DNA of 64,000 bases, taken from a virus (lineage: Duplodnaviria; Caudoviricetes). Made by a program: the position numbers and the translations under genes. The DNA lies in IMG/VR virus record IMGVR_UViG_3300001528_000699, positions 35,508 to 99,507 of that record; one strand, 5' to 3'. The notes beneath the pieces were generated by a model. It worked only from the letters and a program-made list of their open reading frames with translations, had not been told where the DNA came from and did no database searches. Positions 38,263 through 47,851 of this stretch are shown here, piece after piece. Each line of letters opens with the position of its first letter. Within the stretch, counting starts at the first letter, position 1.

Positions 38263-39147
38263 ATGAAAATTAGAGGAGTTACAGGCATACCGGTTCCTAA
38301 CGGGGATCACACGGTTGAAGTTGGTTATGTTATTTTACCTGAGAAAGTTGATAGAGCTTCTTTTATCGATACATGCAACGCAACTTCAAGAGTATCAGTT
38401 GTTATTGATAGAAGCGGTTCCGTTATACATAACTGCTTGGTTATTGATCAGGTTTATCAAGATTTAAAAATACCAGAAACAACAGCGGAGGTTGGAACCC
38501 CTATTCTTTTGTTGAAGACGTTATATAATGAGAAACCTATCGTTATAGGTACACTTCAACCAACAAATTCGGATAGAATTTATGAAGAAAAAGTAACAGA
38601 AAAAATTTTTAAGGATTCAAACGGAGTTATTCTCGCGAGAGCATCCCTGAATGACGGGTCGCTTCTGGTTAACGTGAATGGGTTGGGTTCGAGAAAGCTG
38701 AATATCGTGGTTAACGGGGAAGAAGATTCAGGTATCGAGGTGAACACGAACGGGGATATAGTGGAGATCGCTAACGGGAAAGTATCGGTTAAATCATTTA
38801 ACCAAGTTGAGGCGACGGTCATCGACGCGGATAATGACACTTCAACCACCATAACAATCGATAAGGATAACATCACGCTTGACCCGTCCAAGAAGATGAA
38901 CGTGAAAGGTGGAAAGGAACCGATACCTCTAGGTGACACGCTGAAGGGGATACTTCAATCCATCAATGATAACATAGCAACGCTGAAAGATGCTTGGAAT
39001 ACGGGTAATAACGCGGTTTCCCCGGCTTCACAAGGAAGCCCTTCAGGAGGTGGAGGTACGGCATTCGCGGCGGCGTTAGCGGCCGTGTCCGGTATTACCC
39101 CGCCAGATCTCAGTAAATTAAATTCAGAGATATCCTTTACCGATTGA
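38263..39147 (+). CDS. Baseplate central spike (gpV/gp45-like)
   Basis: OB-fold-like N-terminus, beta-repeat region, EPIPLGDTL. Confidence 0.6.
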   Translation: MKIRGVTGIPVPNGDHTVEVGYVILPEKVDRASFIDTCNATSRVSVVIDRSGSVIHNCLVIDQVYQDLKIPETTAEVGTPILLLKTLYNEKPIVIGTLQPTNSDRIYEEKVTEKIFKDSNGVILARASLNDGSLLVNVNGLGSRKLNIVVNGEEDSGIEVNTNGDIVEIANGKVSVKSFNQVEATVIDADNDTSTTITIDKDNITLDPSKKMNVKGGKEPIPLGDTLKGILQSINDNIATLKDAWNTGNNAVSPASQGSPSGGGGTAFAAALAAVSGITPPDLSKLNSEISFTD

Positions 39148-39185
39148 AATATTTTGTGTAATTTTATCTATAAATAGAAGAAATC

Positions 39186-39977
39186 ATGTCGCTAGATTCA
39201 GTAAATAGAAGATACGTGAACCTCGTTCAATCGATGGGACAAGCCGCCCTGGCGGGACTGTCACCCCATGATTTCGAGTATTACATGCTGGCGTTGGAGT
39301 TAACGGATGGATCGGGGAGAACGATTGATTACTTCTCTTTCCCCGTTTTACCTTCATCCATACAGAAAACGGAACCTAAAAGAACGAACGTGAAACAATC
39401 GAGCACCGGTATAACCGTTCTCAGTAGCACGGCTTTCGTTCCCCAAGAGATAACCATAAAAGGAAATTTCGGTAAGTTCTTCAAGCTGATACTTTCAACG
39501 AAGACACCGATCGGAAGTGCCGTCGCTTACTCCACCTCTCGTGGCGTGTACGACCTCTACCAAGCCAAGTCGAAGAGCTTGATAGTTGATTTTCCGAATT
39601 TCGATGTCGGGGTGAAAAGTGGCTACGGTGCCATGAACCTGTTAAGGGCGATAATCGCCAAGTCAAACGGGGTGGATGATCAGGGTTTACCGTTTCGGCT
39701 TTATTTTTATAACATGGCTCTCGGAGAGAGTTATCTCGTTACCGTGCCTTCCGGTGGTTTAACGTTAAACACGGATAGCGAGGGTTCGAACACGATATGG
39801 AACTACAACCTCACTTTAACGGCGCTCGCCCCTTTAAGTTTGGTTCTAGACCAGGAATCGAGTAAAGGTTCGTTGAAACGATCGCTCAAGACTAGCGTCA
39901 TACAGAAAGGGGTTAACCTCATGTTAAACCAGCTTTCCGCTTTGGAACAGAAATGGGCGACTGATATCATACCGTGA
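39186..39977 (+). CDS. Baseplate/tail tube initiator protein
   Basis: FPVLPSSI...ITIKGNFG...WNYNLTL. Confidence 0.6.
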   Translation: MSLDSVNRRYVNLVQSMGQAALAGLSPHDFEYYMLALELTDGSGRTIDYFSFPVLPSSIQKTEPKRTNVKQSSTGITVLSSTAFVPQEITIKGNFGKFFKLILSTKTPIGSAVAYSTSRGVYDLYQAKSKSLIVDFPNFDVGVKSGYGAMNLLRAIIAKSNGVDDQGLPFRLYFYNMALGESYLVTVPSGGLTLNTDSEGSNTIWNYNLTLTALAPLSLVLDQESSKGSLKRSLKTSVIQKGVNLMLNQLSALEQKWATDIIP

Positions 39978-40888
39978 TGGAAACAACTAGTGCGGAAAAA
40001 TTTTACAACGCGACGAAAATCGATATAGCGGGTTTCTTCCATGACGTTATCGATTTCTTGAATGACGATTACCCGCCTATTCTCTCTTATTACGAGGGAG
40101 GTGATTTACCGGCATCGAGTTTCAAAACGCTGGATGATTTGCTCGCCAGATCTGAAAGGATTGATGCCGCTTTCTATAATTTCTCGGACGCCATGAAAAC
40201 AACCGATATGTGGGATTTACTTGACACGTTCGAGGATACCTGGGGTCAACTTCTAACCGTGAATAACACGAGCAAGTGGATGAGAAGCTCGAGGGTTGGA
40301 AGGTATGACAGTAAATTTTACCTCGAGAGAGTTCTCGGTGATTTCGATAACTTCGAGAAAGTGGCGGAAAGCGTGGGTAGTAACGACCCCCAGAATGACT
40401 GGGAGGATATAGCGGTTAGTAACTTCATAGAAGAGGAGAAATACTCACCTAGAAACGGAGGACCGATATTCAAGATCAGTTTGAGTTCAACCGCTAACTT
40501 CGGCATTGACACGGTGGTGGATAGCTTGGTTGGTGAGAGGATACTCGGAAAAGACGTGGATAAACGCTTTCATTTCAAGGATAATGACGTGGCGGTGGTA
40601 GAATACAAGGACGCGATAAATCAAGCGATAGATACGATAATGAATACCTTGAAGGGTGATATCCCGGAGTTCCCGGAAGACGGGGTTTCGAACGAGTTCG
40701 TTGGAACGAACGTTGCCGCTATCCAGTACCCGACACTGTTTAGGAATCTATCGACCATGTTCGCCAAGGATGACCGGTTCATAGAGGTGAATCTTCTATC
40801 ATTGACGAGACAGGATGATTACATCATCATGAAGATAAACGTGAAAACGGTAAGTAATGATAACTTTATAACGAATATAAACGTATGA
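39974..40888 (+). CDS. Baseplate wedge protein with gp25/GPW-like C-terminus
   Basis: LGKD...INQAI...TLKGDIPEFPEDG...DDRF. Confidence 0.65.
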   Translation: MMETTSAEKFYNATKIDIAGFFHDVIDFLNDDYPPILSYYEGGDLPASSFKTLDDLLARSERIDAAFYNFSDAMKTTDMWDLLDTFEDTWGQLLTVNNTSKWMRSSRVGRYDSKFYLERVLGDFDNFEKVAESVGSNDPQNDWEDIAVSNFIEEEKYSPRNGGPIFKISLSSTANFGIDTVVDSLVGERILGKDVDKRFHFKDNDVAVVEYKDAINQAIDTIMNTLKGDIPEFPEDGVSNEFVGTNVAAIQYPTLFRNLSTMFAKDDRFIEVNLLSLTRQDDYIIMKINVKTVSNDNFITNINV

Positions 40889-42081
40889 TAATAGGGGTTA
40901 AACACACGATTTCCTTGCTCAAGAGCTTGTTCATAGAGATATTCCTGAACAAGACAGACAAGGTGTCCGATATCAGCGATAACTCGGTGGTCAATGCCAC
41001 CGCTTTCGGTGTCGCGAAGGTCGGGCAGAAATGTTTGAAAGATATATCGATAGTGGCGGCTCGAATCTTTCCTGACACGGCTTCGGGAACGGATCTTGAC
41101 GTGGCAGCCCAGCTATTCGGGGTTAGCCCGAGAAAAGGGGCGTTAGGGTCATCGACCTACGTTAAAGTGGTGGCGGATCAGGGAACGGTGTACGAGGCCG
41201 CTAAATCCTCCTTCGTTAGCCAGAACGGTATCCGGTTCATGATAGAGAAGGATGTGACAGTTGGCATTAACGGGTACGATTACGTGAAGGTGAGAAGCGT
41301 GGGAACGGGTTCTCAAACCAACGTTCAACCTAACACGATAAACAGCATAACGGGAGCGCCAGCGGGTCATAAATCATGCACGAACGAGTATTACGCGATA
41401 GGTGGAAGGGATTCGGAGGATGATGAAACTTTCCGGGTGAGAATACAGAATAACCTGAACATCCTCTCTATCGGAACGAGAGAGTATTTCACTCAAGTTT
41501 TCCAATCGATAGATGACAGGGTGTTGATGTTCTTTAATTTCGGCGTTAACGAGGAAGGGAAGTTACAGCTCGCGCTCTCAACTCAGAACGGGGTGGAGTT
41601 CACCGACGAGGAATTATCGAACATGCTAGAACAAGCCGCGCCTTACTTCCCTCTAAGTGACAGGAACAAACTGGGGGACACGGTTGGAATAGAACTTTCA
41701 AACGTGGATTGGTACATAGTCGGTGGCCAGAGAGGGGTTGATTTCATGGTTGACATAGCTTCTAACTACGATGCCAGTGACGTGCGATTGAAGATCCAGG
41801 TCGCGATGACGAAATACCTTGATTTCAGAACGTGGCAACCTGGTCAGAAAGTGGAATGGGATGATCTTCTATCGATAGTGAAGAACACGGAGGGTGTGAA
41901 ATACGTTCAAGACACGACCTTCTACCCGAGAGTTGACGAGGTTGTTCCGGTTAACGCCTTGCCGCGAATAAAAAGATTTTGCATGAGAAACCTGAAAGGA
42001 GAGGTGATATTCGATACAGGCGATCAGGATTTCGTGCCACTTTCACCCGTTTATTATCCAAGTGACTATGCCGGAAATTAA
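40885..42081 (+). CDS. Baseplate J-like wedge protein
   Basis: TASGTDLD, GGRDSEDDETFRVRI. Confidence 0.9.
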   Translation: MIIGVKHTISLLKSLFIEIFLNKTDKVSDISDNSVVNATAFGVAKVGQKCLKDISIVAARIFPDTASGTDLDVAAQLFGVSPRKGALGSSTYVKVVADQGTVYEAAKSSFVSQNGIRFMIEKDVTVGINGYDYVKVRSVGTGSQTNVQPNTINSITGAPAGHKSCTNEYYAIGGRDSEDDETFRVRIQNNLNILSIGTREYFTQVFQSIDDRVLMFFNFGVNEEGKLQLALSTQNGVEFTDEELSNMLEQAAPYFPLSDRNKLGDTVGIELSNVDWYIVGGQRGVDFMVDIASNYDASDVRLKIQVAMTKYLDFRTWQPGQKVEWDDLLSIVKNTEGVKYVQDTTFYPRVDEVVPVNALPRIKRFCMRNLKGEVIFDTGDQDFVPLSPVYYPSDYAGN

Positions 42082-42370
42082 GAAACTGAAAACAACCACG
42101 GTTTTCAATATAGCGAGACCGTACATCGAGATCCTCACCTATTACCAGAAGGGAGGGGAGGAAGAGGAATCCATTCAATTCTTCATTTCAACGACGGAAC
42201 AAATACTGGAAGGGGTGACGGTTCACGTTGGTGATCTCGTGATGAAAACCACCGGTAACGTGGTTGACGTGTTTCACGTTGACGAGGACGGGTACCTGAT
42301 CGTGGATTCTAACAAGCCCGATCAATATTACATAAGCAAGTTAGACGGAACTTTAATAAGAGATATATGA
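42068..42370 (+). CDS. Small structural/adaptor protein
   Basis: FHVDEDGYLIV motif; precedes fibre. Confidence 0.55.
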   Translation: MPEIKKLKTTTVFNIARPYIEILTYYQKGGEEEESIQFFISTTEQILEGVTVHVGDLVMKTTGNVVDVFHVDEDGYLIVDSNKPDQYYISKLDGTLIRDI

Positions 42371-45300
42371 TTAAAAATTTAGGTCAAGTATCGGCGATAT
42401 ACGTGGGAAAGACGGCTCCCCGTAACGCCAACATGATATGGCTCGATAACACCGTCGTGCCCTACGTTTTCAAGGCCTATAACGGCATCGAGTGGGCGGA
42501 GATACCCACTGGCGCATGGATAGAGGCTTACGTGAACGGGTGGTTGGTGTCGTTGCAGCAAGGAACGGTAACGGCTGACGATGATTACATGTTGATCAAC
42601 TCTGGCGGCGTGAATTACAAGATGACGGTGAAGGACTTCGTCAAGAGCTCCGTCGGTAACCCGCTAGATTTCAAGGGAGTTATAAGAACGGACGCTGATT
42701 TCCCCAACCCTTCAACGCTCGAGAGCGGTGATATGTACGTTATCATAACAGACCCGGCTGGCGGGACGGTAACCGACCCTTACAGCAAGAAAACGTTCTC
42801 GGACTCCGAGAAGATAGTGTGGGATTCGGTAGTCAATAGCTGGGAATCACTCGGTAAGATAGACGTGTCGGTTGATTTATCGACCACTTATTCTGCAACG
42901 GAGGTGACGATTCATTCATCAGCCGGGAAGGAAACCACGGTGATTGGCGTGACGGACGATAACGCGGGAGTGATGGTACCTGTTCAGAAAAAGTGGCTGG
43001 ATGCCCTTTCTAACGGCTCAACGCTCACGTCTCAAGGACCTTCAACAGACCCGTATCACAAACACCGTTACATTGATATCGTGGATCGAATCATTAGCCA
43101 GCAATCAACCGGTGAATCGACCACTAACCCCATGTCACAGAAAGCAACCACCGACGCCCTTGAATTAAAACTCGATAAAGACGCTGTTGTTCAAGTGTCG
43201 GGAGTCGCTACTGATAAGATCATGTCGCAGAAAGCGGTGACGGACGCTATCTCCACGGCTATCGGTAACGTTGATTTATCAGATTACCTACCTCTTGCTG
43301 GAGGGACCATGACTGGTAATCTTAATATCGCCAACAACAAGAATATATCTTCTTACAAGAAGGACGGGTCATTAATGAACGTGGCTTATATAAACGAAAG
43401 CGATATTCTCGTTCTAGGAAACGTTGGTTTGGATGTAACCATATCATCAAGTTATTCCGATCTAATTCATAAAAAATCAACTGGTGAGTATAAGATATGG
43501 GACGCTTCAAATCTTTCCAACCCGGCAACTCAAAACTGGGTGGAGGGAAAGGGTTATCTCACGAGCACTTCGCTAGATGGCTACGCGACTCAATCATGGG
43601 TAACAGATCAGGGATATATTACCGGTGAGGATATACCCCCGATAGTGGTGGTTAATTCCGGTGAGGGAAACGCTGTTACATCTATAAAAGCAACGGGCCA
43701 CGCGTTGAGTGTTACTAAAGGAGCTACTTATTTGACCTCTGATGATTTAACAGACTATGCTACCGAAGCATGGGTAGAAGGTAAAAATTATTTAACATCC
43801 GCTGATTTATCCACGTACGCCACTCAAAGGTGGGTCCAGGATCAAGGATACATCACGTCTTCTTCTTTAACAGGATACGCAACTGAAACTTGGGTGGAAG
43901 AGAAAAACTATCTCGTTTCTTCTGATCTAAATGGTTACGCGACAGAATCCTGGGTTAATGGCAAGAATTACATCACATCGGCGGCTCTAACGGGCTATGC
44001 AACCGAAGAGTGGGTGGAAGCGAAGAATTATATCACCGCGGCTGATATACCTTCCGTTACCATAACGAATAGTGGTAACGGCAACGCGGTTACAGCGATA
44101 ACGGCTAACGGTCATGTTTTGACCGTGACGAAAGGTGCCACTTACTTGACATCAGCTTCCCTTAGTGGTTATGCCACGGAAAAATGGGTAACTGATCAAA
44201 GTTACCTCACGGAAGATAGTTTGCGGGGTTACGCTACTGAAGAATGGGCAAATAGTCGATTCCCTTCTAAGGGTGGAACAGGAGCTACGGGTACGTGGAC
44301 TATCAGTATCACGGGGAATGCTGATACCGCGACTGACTCAACCCAGCTAGGGGGTGTGGCTGCCGCGTCGTACGCGACACAGCAATGGGTTATTGATAAC
44401 TTCTCCGCTGGAGGTGAGGCGTCAAAACTTCTTCTATCAGATAACGCGTGGTCAGGAACGAACACCTACAAGAAGAACGTGGTACTGGATAATAACATAA
44501 AACTTGTATCCAGTAAAACGGATGGTACTTCAGTGAACTTGATACAGGAAGATTCCTCGGATAACCTGATTATCGGTAACGGATCAGCGGTTAGAATTTA
44601 CGGGGAAGGTGACCTGAAACATTATAAAGGTAGCTCCTCTTACACTATTTACGATACGGCTAACTTGATTGATCCTGCTACAAAACAGTGGGTTGACGAA
44701 CAAGGATATATAACAACGGATGCTTTAAGTGGTTACGCCACGGAAAGCTGGGTTGAGAATAAAGGTTACCTTACATCAACCGATCTCACCTCGTACGCCA
44801 CGCAAGATTGGGTTAAACAACAAAATTATTTAACAAGCGCCGGGTTAGATGATTACGCCAAGAAAGCGGATCTAAGTTCGTACTTGCCTTTATCTGGCGG
44901 CACGACAACCGGTGATATTGTTATCGGTAACGGGTTCGCGTTGAAAGGAAATTACACGACCGGAACTGCTGCTATAAACTTAATAAGTTCTACCGTTGGT
45001 CTGAATCCTAAGATTAACGTTGGATCTACTTCAACGAGAATGATCTTGCAAACCAACGCGAACGCGATATCTCATTTAAGGGGTACAACTTCGTATGATG
45101 TATGGGATGCTTATAATTTACCGAACCCGGTACAGACTTCTGATTTGGAATCTTACGCTACTCAAAAATGGGTGGAAGATAAAGGGTATTTGACATCAGC
45201 TAGTTTGAATGGGTACGCTACTGAATCCTGGGTTGAAGCGAAAAATTACTTAACTTCTTCTAGTTTAACCGATTATGCAACTCAAGCATGGGTTCAGCAA

Positions 45301-47754
45301 CAAAATTATTTAACGAGTGCCTCGCTATCAGGGTATGCCACTGAAGCGTGGGTTGAAGATAAGAACTACTTAACCTCCGCGTCGTTGGATGGATATGCCA
45401 AAACGACTGATTTAGCTTCCTATTTACCGTTAGCGGGAGGCAGCGTGACAGGATCGATATTACTTGCCAATTCGAATGTCGCTCTAAGAGCTACTCTCGG
45501 TTCCAGCAACCTCCATTTGGTAAGTATCACTTCTGCCGGCGTGACATTATTTGGTAACAATTCTTACGGGATGTCACTAACAACATCCAACACGGATCTG
45601 GTACACGTTAAGGGTGGGTCTTCGTATAAGATATACGATGCCTCGAATTTGATTGACCCTGCGACGATGCAATGGGTGGACGAGCAGGGGTATATAACAA
45701 CGAACGAGTTGAGTGGTTATGCAACCCAATCTTGGGTTGAGGGTAAGAATTATCTTACTTCTTCTTCATTAGATGGATATGCTAAAACTACTGATTTAGA
45801 TGCTTATTTGAAGAGAAGTGGTAATGATGTCGCAAGTCCTGTAACAGGAAATATTTTCTTCTCTAATAATGTTGCTTTAAAGTGGATGATTCCTGGGGAG
45901 TCGCCATCTGAGGTATTGAAAGTTGATTCTTCCAATGTACTTAGAATCGGTGAAGGTGCTGATATTTCTAGGATTAAAATATTTGGCAGCTCAGATCTTA
46001 TTCATACTAAAGGAAGTACTGATTATAAGTTGTGGGATGCTTCCAATATTTCAAAACCTGTAAGTTATAATGAAGGTACGGCGAATGCTGTTACAACCAT
46101 CTATAACAGAAATTTGGGGGTAAATGGAAATCAATGGACTTTTTTAAGTGCCACTAACGCTTCTACGACCAATATTTACGCTCCTACTACTGCTGGTACT
46201 TCAGGGCAAGTACTTCAATCGCAAGGAGCTGGTAAAGCACCTACCTGGGTTGATTTTAGTGGAGGTGGAGTTCAACTAAGTGATGATAATGTATGGACTG
46301 GATTAAATACATTCCAAGGAGGTTTAAAAACTTCAGATGGCACAACTTCTTATGATGTTTGGGCTAATGATATCCTAACCAATCCTGTTAAATACGATCA
46401 CTCTGGCTCCAAATATCCTTTAAATTATTATGATAAAACTAATGGCTGGAGCGAGATAACAAGTTTAGCTTTAACTTATATCACCCCTAATTCTAAAATA
46501 TCATTGGCTAGTGGGGGAACAGGTTCGATTGGAAGCGGTATAGACGAAGCTTATAGCAGTATTTATGTATTTGAGACAAATACTAGCGAGATTTACTTTG
46601 ATGGTTCTGGTTCAAAGGTATTGAAAACGAACAGTGCTGGTGCCTTGGAGTACGCCTCCACATCCAATTATGCTGGATTTAATAGTGGGAATATAAGAAC
46701 AGCTTTCGCAAGAACCTCTTCTGGAGGTGGGGGTGGGGGTGGTTCAACTCCTGAAGGAGGTTTAACCATAGGATATTATCCTGCTAATCAAAAAGGTAAT
46801 GTGACAGAAAGAGCCAAGATTTATTGTACGACAGATAACCTTTATTTGAAAGATATCGCCAAGAACACACAACTTGATTTTGATACTGATGGTCTTTATG
46901 TAACTACAGGTTCAACTTCCAAGGTTAGGTTAGCAACATTGAACGATGTGAGTGGTGGAGGTGGAAGCAGTGTTTCTCTTGATTCAGATAATACATGGAC
47001 AGGTACTAATACCTTCAAGAGCACTGTTCAGATGCAGTCAGAAGATTTAACTGATGCTGAAGGAACTCAAACTTGTGGGTATGATATTCAAATGGCTGAT
47101 TTGGCTAGAACTGTTAATTTTAAATTAGAAGGACATCTTGATAGAGATCCTATATTTAGAGTCGGTACTTATAATTTCCAGCCTGTTTCACCTTACGCCA
47201 CACTAACAGTTGATAGTGGATTATTTACATTCCAAAGTGGAGGTTCTTTAACCACCAAAATTAGTGGTACTAAGTACGAGTTCTGGAATAAGAATAATTT
47301 AACAAATGCTGTTAAAGCAGTTCAGGATTCTATTGGATATAACCTAAGTTTTTATAATGGAACGAAGTGGATTGAACTTGATACACTTGCTATAAATGAA
47401 TTGAATCCGAGAGGTTCTAATACCATCGCTGATGGCGGTTCTGGATATGTTGGCTTGTATGATAGTGCTTACGCTTCAGCCGAGATCGCTAGTATCACTA
47501 CAAAAGAAATTATTCCATTTGATGGAAAGAGCATGTCAAGTGCCTCAACTGGAACTTCCACATTAGGAAGTAGTGGCAATTTCTTTAAAGCCGCTTATGT
47601 AGGTGAAGTGTACACAAACACATTGAGATCAACCAAGATTTCCACTAAAATAGGTCCTGATCCAGGAGTTACTGTAGAAATTACAGATTCAGGTGTTTAT
47701 TTCACAAATACTTCTGGTACAAGATATAAGCTAACGATGGAGGTTGTTTCATAA
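42367..47754 (+). CDS. Long tail fibre
   Basis: About 19 (Y/P)ATxxWVxxxxY(L/I)T repeats, MSQKA x2, YLPLxGG x3, Gly linkers. Confidence 0.85.
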   Translation: MIKNLGQVSAIYVGKTAPRNANMIWLDNTVVPYVFKAYNGIEWAEIPTGAWIEAYVNGWLVSLQQGTVTADDDYMLINSGGVNYKMTVKDFVKSSVGNPLDFKGVIRTDADFPNPSTLESGDMYVIITDPAGGTVTDPYSKKTFSDSEKIVWDSVVNSWESLGKIDVSVDLSTTYSATEVTIHSSAGKETTVIGVTDDNAGVMVPVQKKWLDALSNGSTLTSQGPSTDPYHKHRYIDIVDRIISQQSTGESTTNPMSQKATTDALELKLDKDAVVQVSGVATDKIMSQKAVTDAISTAIGNVDLSDYLPLAGGTMTGNLNIANNKNISSYKKDGSLMNVAYINESDILVLGNVGLDVTISSSYSDLIHKKSTGEYKIWDASNLSNPATQNWVEGKGYLTSTSLDGYATQSWVTDQGYITGEDIPPIVVVNSGEGNAVTSIKATGHALSVTKGATYLTSDDLTDYATEAWVEGKNYLTSADLSTYATQRWVQDQGYITSSSLTGYATETWVEEKNYLVSSDLNGYATESWVNGKNYITSAALTGYATEEWVEAKNYITAADIPSVTITNSGNGNAVTAITANGHVLTVTKGATYLTSASLSGYATEKWVTDQSYLTEDSLRGYATEEWANSRFPSKGGTGATGTWTISITGNADTATDSTQLGGVAAASYATQQWVIDNFSAGGEASKLLLSDNAWSGTNTYKKNVVLDNNIKLVSSKTDGTSVNLIQEDSSDNLIIGNGSAVRIYGEGDLKHYKGSSSYTIYDTANLIDPATKQWVDEQGYITTDALSGYATESWVENKGYLTSTDLTSYATQDWVKQQNYLTSAGLDDYAKKADLSSYLPLSGGTTTGDIVIGNGFALKGNYTTGTAAINLISSTVGLNPKINVGSTSTRMILQTNANAISHLRGTTSYDVWDAYNLPNPVQTSDLESYATQKWVEDKGYLTSASLNGYATESWVEAKNYLTSSSLTDYATQAWVQQQNYLTSASLSGYATEAWVEDKNYLTSASLDGYAKTTDLASYLPLAGGSVTGSILLANSNVALRATLGSSNLHLVSITSAGVTLFGNNSYGMSLTTSNTDLVHVKGGSSYKIYDASNLIDPATMQWVDEQGYITTNELSGYATQSWVEGKNYLTSSSLDGYAKTTDLDAYLKRSGNDVASPVTGNIFFSNNVALKWMIPGESPSEVLKVDSSNVLRIGEGADISRIKIFGSSDLIHTKGSTDYKLWDASNISKPVSYNEGTANAVTTIYNRNLGVNGNQWTFLSATNASTTNIYAPTTAGTSGQVLQSQGAGKAPTWVDFSGGGVQLSDDNVWTGLNTFQGGLKTSDGTTSYDVWANDILTNPVKYDHSGSKYPLNYYDKTNGWSEITSLALTYITPNSKISLASGGTGSIGSGIDEAYSSIYVFETNTSEIYFDGSGSKVLKTNSAGALEYASTSNYAGFNSGNIRTAFARTSSGGGGGGGSTPEGGLTIGYYPANQKGNVTERAKIYCTTDNLYLKDIAKNTQLDFDTDGLYVTTGSTSKVRLATLNDVSGGGGSSVSLDSDNTWTGTNTFKSTVQMQSEDLTDAEGTQTCGYDIQMADLARTVNFKLEGHLDRDPIFRVGTYNFQPVSPYATLTVDSGLFTFQSGGSLTTKISGTKYEFWNKNNLTNAVKAVQDSIGYNLSFYNGTKWIELDTLAINELNPRGSNTIADGGSGYVGLYDSAYASAEIASITTKEIIPFDGKSMSSASTGTSTLGSSGNFFKAAYVGEVYTNTLRSTKISTKIGPDPGVTVEITDSGVYFTNTSGTRYKLTMEVVS

Positions 47755-47792
47755 TTGACTTTTTGTATCAATATCATGAAGGGAAATAATCT

Positions 47793-47823
47793 TTTGAGAT
47801 GATTGATTATTTCCCTATCTTTA
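47793..47823 (+). promoter_or_regulatory. Promoter
   Basis: TTTG-N19-TATCTTTA. Confidence 0.7.
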
Positions 47824-47851
47824 CAAAAAAGAATAAAACTAGATCAAGAAC

